This document shows, piece after piece, positions 1 through 10,099 of a DNA stretch of 64,000 bases. The stretch spans positions 121,368-185,367 of the forward strand of contig JAHFKN010000003.1 of NCBI GenBank assembly GCA_023245355.1, in the 5' to 3' direction. The notes beneath the pieces are model-generated. The model worked only from the letters and a program-made list of their open reading frames with translations, had not been told where the DNA came from and searched no databases. The first letter of the stretch is position 1; every line of letters starts with the position of its first letter. This DNA is from Candidatus Gottesmanbacteria bacterium. Lineage in GTDB: Bacteria; Patescibacteriota; Microgenomatia; UBA10105; UBA927. The translations under genes were made by a program, and so were the position numbers.

Positions 1-612
1 GTAAAAATCCAAGCCGATACTGTTTAGGTTTTGAAATGTATCCTGATGTTTATTGAGAAAACGCGCGGCATTTGCCCAGGGTTTGGCCAGTACTATTGTC
101 GCGGTTACGTCGACGTCAGCCCCGAATACGTCACGGGTGGCGTCAGCCAGCGACGGGATTTCTTTGAGAAGTTTTCCCGGAGTATACATGGGGTTATTGA
201 GTTCGTTGAGGATTTGCACCGTTTTAACCGGCACGCCGAGCCGGTCAAAATGCCGTTTGACGTTTTTGGCGTGATCGGTGTATGCGCGCCGGATTTCCTC
301 CGGCGATTTGTTTTGGTATGCCCATTTAGGCGGGGTTGAGAGGATGACGATAGGTTCCAGTCCGTGTCTTAGGGCGGCTTGCGCAAGAAGTGCGGATTTG
401 CCCAGGTATGTATCGTTGACCTCATTGGGTTTGGGGGATGCTGTTTTCCATCGGACATCAAACCGGTGTTTAGAAAAACCCAGTTTTTTGATTTCGGGAG
501 CTATACGCTCAAATTGCGCGACGGACACATGATCCATATCCGGTACGTGATGGGTGATAAATACCGAGCGTTCCTGCGGGGGATGGGGTATGGGGAGCGG
601 CGTTTCTGTCAT
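1..612 (-). CDS. Clan GH-A (TIM-barrel) glycoside hydrolase-like protein, 3' end beyond window
   Basis: Not in ORF track. Hand translation from ATG at 612 is open to base 1: MTETPLP...IKKLGFSKHRFDVRW...LEPIVILSTPPKWA...VQILNELNN...SIGLDFY. RFxxxW, PxW, NE (acid/base) and IGLDxY motifs fit GH-A enzymes. Confidence 0.7.
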   Translation of the reverse strand, partial: MTETPLPIPHPPQERSVFITHHVPDMDHVSVAQFERIAPEIKKLGFSKHRFDVRWKTASPKPNEVNDTYLGKSALLAQAALRHGLEPIVILSTPPKWAYQNKSPEEIRRAYTDHAKNVKRHFDRLGVPVKTVQILNELNNPMYTPGKLLKEIPSLADATRDVFGADVDVTATIVLAKPWANAARFLNKHQDTFQNLNSIGLDFY

Positions 613-659
613 ATACATCTAATTGGGAGGACAGTACACACAAGTATACAGGAATACAG

Positions 660-1874
660 TTATTCTTTGTATCTGCGCAGTGCGGGGATAGTTATGCCCG
701 TTACTGCAACGACGATAAGAGTACCGATGCCGCCGATAATAACGGTCATGGGGGCTCCGACAATACCGGCAAGCAGTCCGGCTTCGACCTCTCCTAATCG
801 CGGGCCGCCTGTATAGAAAATCATGTTAATCGCCGTCATCCTGCCGCGGATATGATCGGGTGTGGAGAGTTGGCGGATAATATTGCGGATAACCGAACTC
901 ATTCCGTCTCCTGCGCCGACGATAATAAGCGCGATGACGGAAAGCAGATACTGTGTCGATAGCCCAAACAGTATCGTGCCGAACGCATACATGACGATAC
1001 TGCCTAACAGTATCGGGCCTGTGTGAAGCCTTTTCCCGACAGTGGCGGCAAAAAATCCGATCAGGGACGCTCCGACAAAAGGAGCCGCATATAAAAACCC
1101 GAGCAGCTCCGGACCGACGTGAAGGACATCCGATGCAAAAATGGGCAACAGAATTGTCGCTTCCGCAAACAGCGTGGAAAAAAAGTCGAGTATCATCGTG
1201 GACCAGATGAGCGTGCGGCTCATAACAAATCTCAAACCTTCTTTGACGGCATGCACGCTTGCCGGCTGCACGGCTCCTTCGACTGCTCCGTGTGCGCTCA
1301 TGGCAAAGAGCGCAAACAACAGAATGACAAACGATAATGAATTGAGCGCATAAATAGAGGCGACTCCGGTCGTTGCGATCAGAAATCCGGCGATTGCAGG
1401 ACCCGCTACCGTTGACGTGTTGTACCCGATAATATTTAAACTTACTGCATTGCCATAATGTTCGCGTTTGACAAGACTCGGAAGCAGCGCGCTCCGTGCG
1501 GGAGAATCCAGACAAAATATCGCTACAAGCAGCGCGTTTATTATAAGCAGATTCGTGACGGTTGCCGTGCCGGTCCAGGTAAGGATTGCCATCATAAGCG
1601 CAAGCAACACCTGAGCCGCTTGGGTGACGTACAGAATTTTTTTCCTGTTGTGTGCATCAACAAGTGTGCCTCCGATCAGGGAAAAAATAATAATCGGCAG
1701 AATTCGCGATGCTCCCAGAAGCGCAAGGACGAACGGGGAATGCGTCATTTCATATAGTTGCCAGTTTAATGCCACCGTCTGCATTTGCGTGCCGGCGTTA
1801 CTTATGAATTGGCCGACCAGTTGCAGGACATAGTCGCGTGATGTAAGTGCGGGATACCGGTGTAATACGTTCAT
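660..1874 (-). CDS. MFS transporter (EntS/DHA3-like)
   Basis: About 12 hydrophobic segments; GGTLVDAHNRK motif-A-like; PDHIRGR motif. Confidence 0.9.
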   Translation of the reverse strand: MNVLHRYPALTSRDYVLQLVGQFISNAGTQMQTVALNWQLYEMTHSPFVLALLGASRILPIIIFSLIGGTLVDAHNRKKILYVTQAAQVLLALMMAILTWTGTATVTNLLIINALLVAIFCLDSPARSALLPSLVKREHYGNAVSLNIIGYNTSTVAGPAIAGFLIATTGVASIYALNSLSFVILLFALFAMSAHGAVEGAVQPASVHAVKEGLRFVMSRTLIWSTMILDFFSTLFAEATILLPIFASDVLHVGPELLGFLYAAPFVGASLIGFFAATVGKRLHTGPILLGSIVMYAFGTILFGLSTQYLLSVIALIIVGAGDGMSSVIRNIIRQLSTPDHIRGRMTAINMIFYTGGPRLGEVEAGLLAGIVGAPMTVIIGGIGTLIVVAVTGITIPALRRYKE

Positions 1875-1946
1875 ACCTAATATAGAGTGCAGGAAAATTC
1901 AATTGTACCACTGTTATTTTGAAAAACTCAGGGTATAGTGGAAAGA

Positions 1947-3569
1947 GTGAAACAAACCCGTGGTATTCATGATCTGATCCGGCGGTACGGCCTGTATGTA
2001 CTTCTTGTAGTCATATTGGGGATCGGAGCATGGTTTCGGTTTTTCCATATTTTCCGGTCCACCTGGATGCTGGAAGGATACGATGAGTCCCGCGACATGT
2101 TAGTTGCGCGCCACATTGTGGAGTACGGGGATTGGCTATGGCGCGGACCATTGGCTTCCGGGAGCATGAATGCGCTGATGAATTCTCCCGTGTACTACTA
2201 TGTGTTGTCCGTCCTTTGGTTTATCGGCAGATCGCCGTTTTCCGTCATGCTGCTGTGGGCGGCATTGCTTATGAGCGTCGTCTATATGGCATACAGGACA
2301 GGCGTTGAGGCCGGGGATAAACAGTTGGGGATTATCATGGCGCTGTTGTTTGCCCTGCAGCCGACGCTTATCAGCAACAGCAGGCATATCTCGCAGCCGT
2401 ACCTGTTGCCGTTATTTTCCATCCTGTTTTTATGGCTGTTCTGGCGGAGAGGAACGATGACGCTTTGGAGGTTTTGTCTGTTGATTGTCGTTCTTCTGTT
2501 TCCCATGCATATCCATTACGGAAGTCTGCTGATGCTTCCTGCCGGCCTCCTTTGGCTCGGGGTTGTATGGGCAGAGCACGCATTCCGGAAACAGGGAGGA
2601 TTGACATGGAAAATCATACCGCCTCTTGTTGTCGAGTATGTTCTGATGACATGGGTGTGGTTTACTTACGGGAAAACTCCGTTTGACCAGCAGTTTTATC
2701 TGGCTGACGAAATGCACCGGACATTACCCACTGTTCTTCTCAAAATGCGGGACGCGTGGATAGTGACGGCAGATAACATCTGGTGGTCCAAAGATCCCGT
2801 CGTTGTTATCGGCATGCTGATGTTTTTTGCGGGATGTGCCGTTTGGTACGAAAAACAGCGGACGCATCAGAAGCACTCGGGGAGCCGGTCATATTGGTGG
2901 ATGATCTGTTTTGCAGTAATTCCTCCTCTTGTTGCCGGGTTCCACGGGGACAGTGTTCATACCTATTATATGCTCGGCACGCTTCCGGTTCTTCTGTTTA
3001 TTATCGCGGCAGGATTGCATGCATTGCTCTCCTGGAACCGGTATGTGGGGATTGTGTGCATCGGCATCGTCCTATGGATATTTATAGAACAGGCGTCAAC
3101 GGTTATTACCGAGGTTCCGAGAAGACCGTATGTTCAGCAATTGCGGGAGGTGTCAAACATGCTGTATGACGATTACCGTTTTCGGGAGCCGGCAGCAGCG
3201 GGAACCCCCTCACCTTCTATCGCGCTTGCTGTGCTGGCCGGAAAGAACCTGCCGTACGACGGGTGGGGCACGGGGGCACTTTGGTATTTTTTGGAAGAGT
3301 ATTTCAAGCAACGGCTCGTGCGCCTGGATAATTACGGCACGAATTTTTTCCCCGTCGTACAACATCCTTCGTATTTTTACGTACTGTGTGATTACCGGGG
3401 GTTCGGGTCGGATGACAGATGCACGCGGGATTTTAGAGCAGCGAGAACGTATCTTCTGGACAAAAAAGAGGAAAAAATATACGCTGCCGGACCGTTCGTA
3501 TTATGGTTGTTTTACGTCAATCCGTCTCTGCCCGTTTCAAACTATAATATCGCGTATCCGGGATTATAA
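1947..3569 (+). CDS. GT-C fold (ArnT/PMT_2-like) membrane glycosyltransferase
   Basis: YDESRD acidic loop after TM1, NSPVYYY, many TMs, soluble C-terminal domain. Start moved to in-frame GTG 1947, 7 nt after TATAGT (track start 1938). Confidence 0.75.
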   Translation: MKQTRGIHDLIRRYGLYVLLVVILGIGAWFRFFHIFRSTWMLEGYDESRDMLVARHIVEYGDWLWRGPLASGSMNALMNSPVYYYVLSVLWFIGRSPFSVMLLWAALLMSVVYMAYRTGVEAGDKQLGIIMALLFALQPTLISNSRHISQPYLLPLFSILFLWLFWRRGTMTLWRFCLLIVVLLFPMHIHYGSLLMLPAGLLWLGVVWAEHAFRKQGGLTWKIIPPLVVEYVLMTWVWFTYGKTPFDQQFYLADEMHRTLPTVLLKMRDAWIVTADNIWWSKDPVVVIGMLMFFAGCAVWYEKQRTHQKHSGSRSYWWMICFAVIPPLVAGFHGDSVHTYYMLGTLPVLLFIIAAGLHALLSWNRYVGIVCIGIVLWIFIEQASTVITEVPRRPYVQQLREVSNMLYDDYRFREPAAAGTPSPSIALAVLAGKNLPYDGWGTGALWYFLEEYFKQRLVRLDNYGTNFFPVVQHPSYFYVLCDYRGFGSDDRCTRDFRAARTYLLDKKEEKIYAAGPFVLWLFYVNPSLPVSNYNIAYPGL

Positions 3570-3627
3570 TACCCCTGCCATATTGTAATGTGTCTCACAT
3601 ATTGTTATCCTGGCGTCAGGAGGATGT

Positions 3628-3990
3628 ATGTTAAATTTTAATTCTATTTTGCTTTCTTCGGACAATCCGAAAGAGATGATTACGTTTTATACCAAGGTGT
3701 TTGACAAAAAACCTGATTGGGCAGAAGCGGATTGGGCGGGATTTCAGGTTGGGAACGGATTTTTCAGTGTCGGACCGCATGATAAAGTGCGCGGCAAGTC
3801 AAAACAGCCGGAGCGGATACTGTTTAATTTTGAAACAAAAGAAGTGTCCCGTGAATTTGACCGGATCAAAAAGTTCGGTGCAACGGTGATTGCCGAACCC
3901 TATGAAATGGAAGGCATGGAAGGGATGTGGATTGCTACGTTTTCCGATCCTGACGGAAACTATTTCCAACTCATGAGTCCGATGAAATAA
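3628..3990 (+). CDS. VOC/glyoxalase family protein
   Basis: FYTKVF, GATVIAEP, DPDGNYFQL motifs; AGGAGG SD upstream. Confidence 0.9.
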   Translation: MLNFNSILLSSDNPKEMITFYTKVFDKKPDWAEADWAGFQVGNGFFSVGPHDKVRGKSKQPERILFNFETKEVSREFDRIKKFGATVIAEPYEMEGMEGMWIATFSDPDGNYFQLMSPMK

Positions 3991-4061
3991 CGTCACAACG
4001 ATTGACGGTGTTTTATAGTTGATGCTTTTCCGGTCAGTACTATCCCGCGTATGATGGAAAC

Positions 4062-5696
4062 ATGACCTGGTGGAAACGCACATGGCACGATTGGTACAGA
4101 CGTTTTGACGGACTTACTGATCTCCAGCGCGTCATCGTATTATTTTTCTGTATCGTTATCCTGCATGTACCATCACTGCAGCATGTGTATCTTGCCGCAG
4201 TAAATTACGATGACGGGAGAGATATACTGGTGGCGTCGCATATACTCCGAAACGGGGAATTTCCATTACGAGGCCCATTTGCAGCAGGAGGGTTCAATAT
4301 ACTGCGCAATTCTCCGCTTTATTATTATTTGATTGCATTGTTTCATCTGGCAGGCGGGTATAGTTTAGCCGGAACCTACCTGTTGTGGATACTCGTGTCG
4401 GTATGCTCCGTAAGCCTGCTTTATAGCGTTATAGTATATATTTGGCATGATAGGAACATAGCCGTTGTTTCTGCAGTTTTGGCCGGTATACACCCTTTGT
4501 ATTTTGCCGTCAGCGGTACGATCGCTCAGCCGTATTTATTGACGATTCTGACTTCCATAATGCTGGTATTGATATTTAAACCCGAGCACAGGCTCTCCGA
4601 TGTGCTTTGGATGATTGTTGTTCTCTCTGTCGGCATGCACATTCATCTGAGCATGGTGTTATTGGTGCCGGTTATCAGCGTATGGATAGGTATAACCAGT
4701 TACCGGTTGTATATGAGATCACACAGGTCCATCGAAGTACTACTATGGCCCGTTGCGGTAGCATTCGTATCGGCCGTGTATTGGTTTGCCCTTACGTTCC
4801 GGCAAAGCGTGATGGATCAGGCAGACGCGGTCCTTTCAGGAAAATTTATAAGTTTACATGAAATTCAGTCTGCCTTTCCCCGGATTATAGCAACGTGGAT
4901 TGACCTTGTCGTCGGTATTGACCGTCAGAATACACCCGTATTTATAGGTATGGTAAGTATCATTATCGGGGCAATGTTTTTTTCGGGCATACTGTATCCC
5001 GGAAAAACGCGGCGTGAACACCTCTATTGGTTGGCATTATTGTTTATCACGCCGCTATATTATTCGATATTTTATCGGGGAACAGTCGTAAACGGCTATT
5101 TCATAGTGCTGCTTCCTATCATGATGGTTGTCGGCGCGGGGGTTATACACATGATCTCCCGGATACATATCTATGCAGGAGCGGGTACGGTTTTGTTCGT
5201 AGGATATGTTTTTGTACAATCTGCGCTGCCGCAGATATTCCCGTTTGCACAGATACATATCTTTGAATCGATGCAGTCCGTTGTTCATGCCATAGATATT
5301 AATCAGCAGGTGAGAGCAGGGAAGACGGATGAAGCGGCGCGGGATGATTTTTGGATTGCATTTGTATCAAGTGAGCCGGGAGTATTGGTGGACAGCTGGC
5401 AAACCGGTTCTTTCTGGTATCTCCTTGAACGGAGGATCCGCCATGTATATGTAAGGGTGGTGGATGCCGATATAAATTTTACCGTGCGTAACAGGCACCC
5501 GAAGTATCTGTATCTTATATGTGATGTCCGTGTTTTGCGGATGTATTCCGATATCGATGATTGCGGATATTGGGTCGATCAGATGAATCAGATGTATGGG
5601 CTGTCAAGCGAAGAATTGAGAACAATAAATCCGTATGTGCTCTACGGAATTCCGTTGTCTCCGGAGTCTTTAGAGAAGCTCCCTCAAATTTTCTAA
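4062..5696 (+). CDS. GT-C fold membrane glycosyltransferase, paralog of 1947-3569
   Basis: YDDGRD, RGP, NSPLYYY, QPYL, MHIH, TGSFWYLLE and YLICD blocks match the upstream paralog. Confidence 0.75.
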   Translation: MTWWKRTWHDWYRRFDGLTDLQRVIVLFFCIVILHVPSLQHVYLAAVNYDDGRDILVASHILRNGEFPLRGPFAAGGFNILRNSPLYYYLIALFHLAGGYSLAGTYLLWILVSVCSVSLLYSVIVYIWHDRNIAVVSAVLAGIHPLYFAVSGTIAQPYLLTILTSIMLVLIFKPEHRLSDVLWMIVVLSVGMHIHLSMVLLVPVISVWIGITSYRLYMRSHRSIEVLLWPVAVAFVSAVYWFALTFRQSVMDQADAVLSGKFISLHEIQSAFPRIIATWIDLVVGIDRQNTPVFIGMVSIIIGAMFFSGILYPGKTRREHLYWLALLFITPLYYSIFYRGTVVNGYFIVLLPIMMVVGAGVIHMISRIHIYAGAGTVLFVGYVFVQSALPQIFPFAQIHIFESMQSVVHAIDINQQVRAGKTDEAARDDFWIAFVSSEPGVLVDSWQTGSFWYLLERRIRHVYVRVVDADINFTVRNRHPKYLYLICDVRVLRMYSDIDDCGYWVDQMNQMYGLSSEELRTINPYVLYGIPLSPESLEKLPQIF

Positions 5697-5703
5697 AGCA
5701 AAT

Positions 5704-6315
5704 TCAGAATAATCCTATCTGCCGGGTGGAGTCTATGATTTCCTTGGGGTACGAAAAGTCGACAGCGAAGCTCGATACATTGTTCCAATTGTCGATGTAT
5801 TTAAGCTCTTTGTTTACCACGCCGTAGTCATACAGGTCACGGGTGAGCCAAACGTCCGCTTCGCAGTAATCTTTAAGTTTTTTGAGGCTTTCCTCGTCGT
5901 GCTGGTTCCAATATACAACCGCGTTGGTACCGACGTCCGTTTTGTCCCGCCCGAGTGTATATTTGCCCAGCGTCGACAAACTCAGCGCATGGCCGAGTTT
6001 GGCGCGGACGTGAGCCATGATGTCAAAATGCGGAAGCTTGGAAAAGTGTTCCGGTGCGTACGGGATCAGTGCCGGCACATCAAATTTCAGCGTGTTAAAT
6101 CCTATGATGCGTTTGGCCTGCTTCATGATGTCCCACAACTCCGTCAGGTCTTCTTCCCAGAAGCTGCGCATTTCGCCCGAAATTTCGTGCTGGTTTTCGT
6201 CTACCTGCCGGATATATGCGCCCACGATTGATACGCCCAATAAGCTGGGATCGTTTCCCTCAACTTCAGAAAACAGCCGTTTGGTTTCAATGTCGAAGAT
6301 AACTTCAGTGATCAT
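5704..6315 (-). CDS. RNase H-like (DEDD/YprB-like) exonuclease domain protein
   Basis: FDIET, IGFNTLKFD, YCEADV motifs; likely start ATG 6315 (MITEVIFDIE). Confidence 0.85.
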   Translation of the reverse strand: MITEVIFDIETKRLFSEVEGNDPSLLGVSIVGAYIRQVDENQHEISGEMRSFWEEDLTELWDIMKQAKRIIGFNTLKFDVPALIPYAPEHFSKLPHFDIMAHVRAKLGHALSLSTLGKYTLGRDKTDVGTNAVVYWNQHDEESLKKLKDYCEADVWLTRDLYDYGVVNKELKYIDNWNNVSSFAVDFSYPKEIIDSTRQIGLF

Positions 6316-6461
6316 AGGGTTAGCGATAGTATAATAAATACCGTGGTGTAAGGGCAAGCCGGAGCAATGGAACGGTCTGAGACAGGTAATTTTGGGGTGC
6401 CGTGCATGGCTTTCGTGCTATGGACAGCACGTGCGGTTTTGGTACAATAATTATTCCTCGT

Positions 6462-7634
6462 ATGAAAAAAACTCTGTGGATTATCGCACTTATCGCCGTC
6501 GTCAACGCGCTAGGATACGGGATTATTATCCCGATTTTATATTCGTATTCGAGAAAATTCGGCCTTACCGATTTTGAAAACGGTTTGCTGTTTTCCGTTT
6601 TTTCGGTGTGCCAGTTTATCGCTACTCCGTTAATCGGCAGGCTTTCCGATGCGTACGGCCGCCGGCCGCTCCTTTTGGTGTCGCTGTTGGGCACGGTCGG
6701 ATCGTTTGTCCTGATGGCCGTTGCACCGAATGCATTCTGGCTTTTCGTCGCACGTGCGCTCGACGGAATTACGGCTGGTAATATCCCTGTGGCTCTTGCC
6801 GTCATTTCCGATACCACCGAGCCCAAAGACAGGGCGAAGGGGTTCGGCATTATCGGTGCGTCGTTCGGGTTCGGTTTTACGTTCGGCCCGGCGATTTCAG
6901 CGCTCACGATTCATTGGGGAACGGCGGTGCCGTTTTTGATAGCGGGAAGTATTGCGTTCATCGCGTTTCTTCTCACACTCGTATTACTTCCTGAAACCAA
7001 TACCCACAAGGGAATTCAGGTGACGAGGCATGTGTTTGATTTCCGGCATCTTTTCCATGCGCTGATCGATCCTGCTATCGGGAAAACCCTGCTGGTTTCA
7101 TTCCTCGTGATGCTTGGGTTTTCCATCTTTATCTATGCGTTCCAGCCGATGTCCGTTGAGCTGCTGCACCTTTCCGCCCGTGAAATATCGGTTATCTTTA
7201 CGGCAATCGGTATCGTAGGCCTGATTTCTCAAGGTGCGGTGATTCCGCGGGTGATCCGCCGTTTCGGCGAACGGCCCGTACTCGTCGGGTCTCTTATTTC
7301 TTCCGTCATTACGTTTGCGCTGTTATATATGACGCGTTCCTATCCGCTCTTTGTAACGATCGTGCTTGTTCAGGCGTTTGCAAACGGATTTTCCAACCCG
7401 GTGATTCAGGCGCTGCTCTCCAAAGAAGCAGACGCGAAAAGTCAGGGTGCGATTATGGGAATCAATGCATCGTACCAAAGCATCGGCCAGATTGTGGGTC
7501 CGGTCATAGGCGGCCTGCTGGCAACCATATTTATCCCGTTGCCGTTTCTGGCTGCGTCAGCCTCGATGCTTGTAGCTGCCGTATTGGCAGTCGGGATGCT
7601 TCACAAACATATACGGCAACAGTCGCTTGTCTAG
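6462..7634 (+). CDS. MFS transporter, TetA-like (DHA1)
   Basis: GRLSDAYGRRP motif A, ARALDGITAGN, GFTFGPAI; likely start ATG 6462. Confidence 0.9.
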   Translation: MKKTLWIIALIAVVNALGYGIIIPILYSYSRKFGLTDFENGLLFSVFSVCQFIATPLIGRLSDAYGRRPLLLVSLLGTVGSFVLMAVAPNAFWLFVARALDGITAGNIPVALAVISDTTEPKDRAKGFGIIGASFGFGFTFGPAISALTIHWGTAVPFLIAGSIAFIAFLLTLVLLPETNTHKGIQVTRHVFDFRHLFHALIDPAIGKTLLVSFLVMLGFSIFIYAFQPMSVELLHLSAREISVIFTAIGIVGLISQGAVIPRVIRRFGERPVLVGSLISSVITFALLYMTRSYPLFVTIVLVQAFANGFSNPVIQALLSKEADAKSQGAIMGINASYQSIGQIVGPVIGGLLATIFIPLPFLAASASMLVAAVLAVGMLHKHIRQQSLV

Positions 7635-7692
7635 TGTACCCGGTGAACTGGCTTTTTTCGTGAAAAGGCGTATAATTACCCGTTAATATTGT

Positions 7693-8490
7693 ATGAAATC
7701 ACTGCTCGAACGAACTCCGTATAGCCCGAAAGAAGAACTGAGCCGGAATAGCCTCATCATCACGATAGACGGCTCCACGACTGCAGGGAAGCGCCTTGTC
7801 GCAGAACGGCTTGCCGAACGGTACAACCTCACGGTTTTCAATACCGGTACGACGATACGTTCGTTGGCTCTGCTTGCGATAGAAAACAATCTGGTCGGAA
7901 CGGATAATAATAACGTGACCAATATTCCGGTCGATTTTGTGGAGCGCATGGTGGATTTCTATAAGGCAATGCCGGAGAAGCTGGCTGTCGTAAAACCACG
8001 GGAGGGCGAGCACACTGCACGGATCATGGTCGGCGCCCGGGATATGAGGGGTGAACTTCTGGCGTTTCGGAAACAGAAAGCGGTTGACAACCTGGCGGCT
8101 GTTATAGCCTCCAGCCCGCTGGTGCGGGATCAGTTATACCAGCTTTGGCGCGGTGCGGTGAAAGAACTGGGAGGCGCGATCGTGATCGGAAGAAAAACCG
8201 GCTTGGATTTATATCCGGATGCGCCGATAAAATTGTATCTTTTTGCAAGTCCGGAAGCATCGGCCGCGTACCGCGTGACGCATGACCCGACGTCACTTAT
8301 GCATCAGAGCACGGAAGAACTGTATATCCGGGAGCGTGACGGTCAGGACCGTGTCAACGGATTGTTGGACAGACCTGCGGATGCCCTCGCAGTCGATACC
8401 AGTTCGTATATAAGCCGTGACGGGAAGGGAATGTTGGAATTAGAAGAAAAGATTGCTTCTCACATCGACAGCCGCTTTATTATCAAATAA
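7693..8490 (+). CDS. cmk: Cytidylate kinase-like protein (divergent)
   Basis: ITIDGSTTAGK P-loop, NTG..R, IASSPLVR, PDAPIKLYLFAS, ERDGQD, VDTS. Confidence 0.65.
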   Translation: MKSLLERTPYSPKEELSRNSLIITIDGSTTAGKRLVAERLAERYNLTVFNTGTTIRSLALLAIENNLVGTDNNNVTNIPVDFVERMVDFYKAMPEKLAVVKPREGEHTARIMVGARDMRGELLAFRKQKAVDNLAAVIASSPLVRDQLYQLWRGAVKELGGAIVIGRKTGLDLYPDAPIKLYLFASPEASAAYRVTHDPTSLMHQSTEELYIRERDGQDRVNGLLDRPADALAVDTSSYISRDGKGMLELEEKIASHIDSRFIIK

Positions 8491-9058
8491 TCCGTGCACG
8501 GGTATTTGAGCGGACGATATCCAGCGGGTGCTTCGTGCCTTTTTCCCAAAGTTTAAATCCGTCGTAATTGTATTCCGGGGTTTTGAGTTTTTTGTCGGTG
8601 TGCATCTGTTCGATTTCTGCGGGCGTAAAAAAACCGTAATTTTGTATTTCTTCAGCCTGCATTCTGAACGTTCCGTCGAGTATGGTTCCGCAGAATGCGT
8701 AGCCCACGTGCATTTTCACCTTTCCGTTTCGCGCGCCGTTTTCGCCTGTCGGAGTTTCATGGATCCCGTTTTTCTCATAGTAATGCCATACGCCGAGCAG
8801 CTGATCCAGGCGGATATCCAGGTCCAGTTCTTCTTTGGCTTCCCGTAGTGCTGCAATTTCCGGTTCTTCACCCATCAGATCGTCGACATAGCCGGCAATA
8901 GGCGACCACTTGCCGCCGTGTTCATCCAGATCCTGAACCATCAGGAGGCGTCCGCGTTCGTCGGACAGAAATATGGAAACGGATGCTAAACTGCTGCTGC
9001 GTTCGGCCCAAGCTGGTTTTTCCGGGATCGGGACAGGTGATTGTTCTTTTGTAGCCAT
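8483..9058 (-). CDS. NUDIX hydrolase
   Basis: Nudix box G..GEEPEIAALREAKEELDL; converges on and overlaps the cmk-like stop. Confidence 0.9.
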   Translation of the reverse strand: MATKEQSPVPIPEKPAWAERSSSLASVSIFLSDERGRLLMVQDLDEHGGKWSPIAGYVDDLMGEEPEIAALREAKEELDLDIRLDQLLGVWHYYEKNGIHETPTGENGARNGKVKMHVGYAFCGTILDGTFRMQAEEIQNYGFFTPAEIEQMHTDKKLKTPEYNYDGFKLWEKGTKHPLDIVRSNTRARII

Positions 9059-9092
9059 AGGAAAAGGGTATTATAACGCAAACGGGGCGTAT

Positions 9093-9299
9093 TTAGAAAT
9101 CGGCAGGTCCTACGTAGAGCGCGGGGTTTTCGAGGATATCCTCGTTCAGGTCGGAAGGATAGAGAGTGCACTCGCGTTTGTCGTGAGAGGGCTCCCGGCG
9201 GGGATGCATATCAGGAGGCGGAGTTTGATCATGTCCGATGTGTGCATCTGCAGTGTCCTGCCAGCCTTCCTTGCCGGGTGTATGCTCCGCTCGGGTCAT
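9093..9299 (-). CDS. Small hypothetical protein
   Basis: Fills the intergenic gap; ATG 9299 preceded by TATAAT on the minus strand; no motif. Confidence 0.4.
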   Translation of the reverse strand: MTRAEHTPGKEGWQDTADAHIGHDQTPPPDMHPRREPSHDKRECTLYPSDLNEDILENPALYVGPADF

Positions 9300-9373
9300 A
9301 CCAGCCCGTATTATACCCACCCCGGTCAATAAATCAATGGACGGAGATTTTTTTCCGGTGCTATACTTACTTT

Positions 9374-10099
9374 ATGGCTGCCCATCGCCACCGCGTGACT
9401 ATTTACCCGACAAAAATCCATCTTGTGGCGACATTTTTTGTCATGCTGCTTCCGTTTGTGTTTCTTATCGTTTTTGCCGGCATCGCTCATTTGGCCGTAG
9501 GTACGCTGTTTCTTGAGTTAGTCGCGTCAGTAAGCAGGCTCGCTGTCGCGTACGGTATAGCCGTAGTACTTGCCTGGATCGGGGCAATTTCTTTTTATCG
9601 GGGGAAGCTCGCTTCCGTCGCTCTGCCGGTTTTTGACGTGCTGCAGAGTTTTCCCACATTTGCCGCACTCCCCATTGCCACGCATCTTTGGGGCAGATCA
9701 GATACGACAGTTATTTTGTTTCTGATTATTACGGTCATCTGGCCGATATTTTTTTCGATTCTCAGTAACGTGCGGCTTATGAAACACGACTGGGAGGAAT
9801 CAGCGGAAATCGTGGGACTGAAAGGATTTGATTATCTCCGGTTATTCGTGTTGCCGGTTTCGATTCCCGGCCTTATCACCGGGAGCATTATCGGGTTGGG
9901 GGAGGGCTGGGAAGCGTTAGTTGCAACGGAAATTATCGTGCGTACCAATACGGGATTAGGCAATTTTTTCCAGCAGTATGCGCAGAATACACCTATTACG
10001 TCGTTTGGTATTTTGGGCCTGATGGTGCTTATTTTCAGTATCAATAAACTTATCTGGATACCGCTTCTGGATTGGAGCCACAGGCTCCTGGAGGAATAA
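9374..10099 (+). CDS. ABC transporter permease (NitT/TauT family)
   Basis: DVLQSFP, EAA-like WEESAEIVG, WEALVATE; start ATG 9374 after TGcTATACT. Confidence 0.88.
   Translation: MAAHRHRVTIYPTKIHLVATFFVMLLPFVFLIVFAGIAHLAVGTLFLELVASVSRLAVAYGIAVVLAWIGAISFYRGKLASVALPVFDVLQSFPTFAALPIATHLWGRSDTTVILFLIITVIWPIFFSILSNVRLMKHDWEESAEIVGLKGFDYLRLFVLPVSIPGLITGSIIGLGEGWEALVATEIIVRTNTGLGNFFQQYAQNTPITSFGILGLMVLIFSINKLIWIPLLDWSHRLLEE

Noticed and set aside
31-816. Plus-strand ORFs at the window start
   Set aside because: Shadows of the minus-strand hydrolase and MFS genes, like most other short antisense ORFs in the track.
6360-6440. TPP riboswitch-like words (CTGAGA, GGGGTGC)
   Set aside because: Wrong order, and the remaining TPP core is absent.
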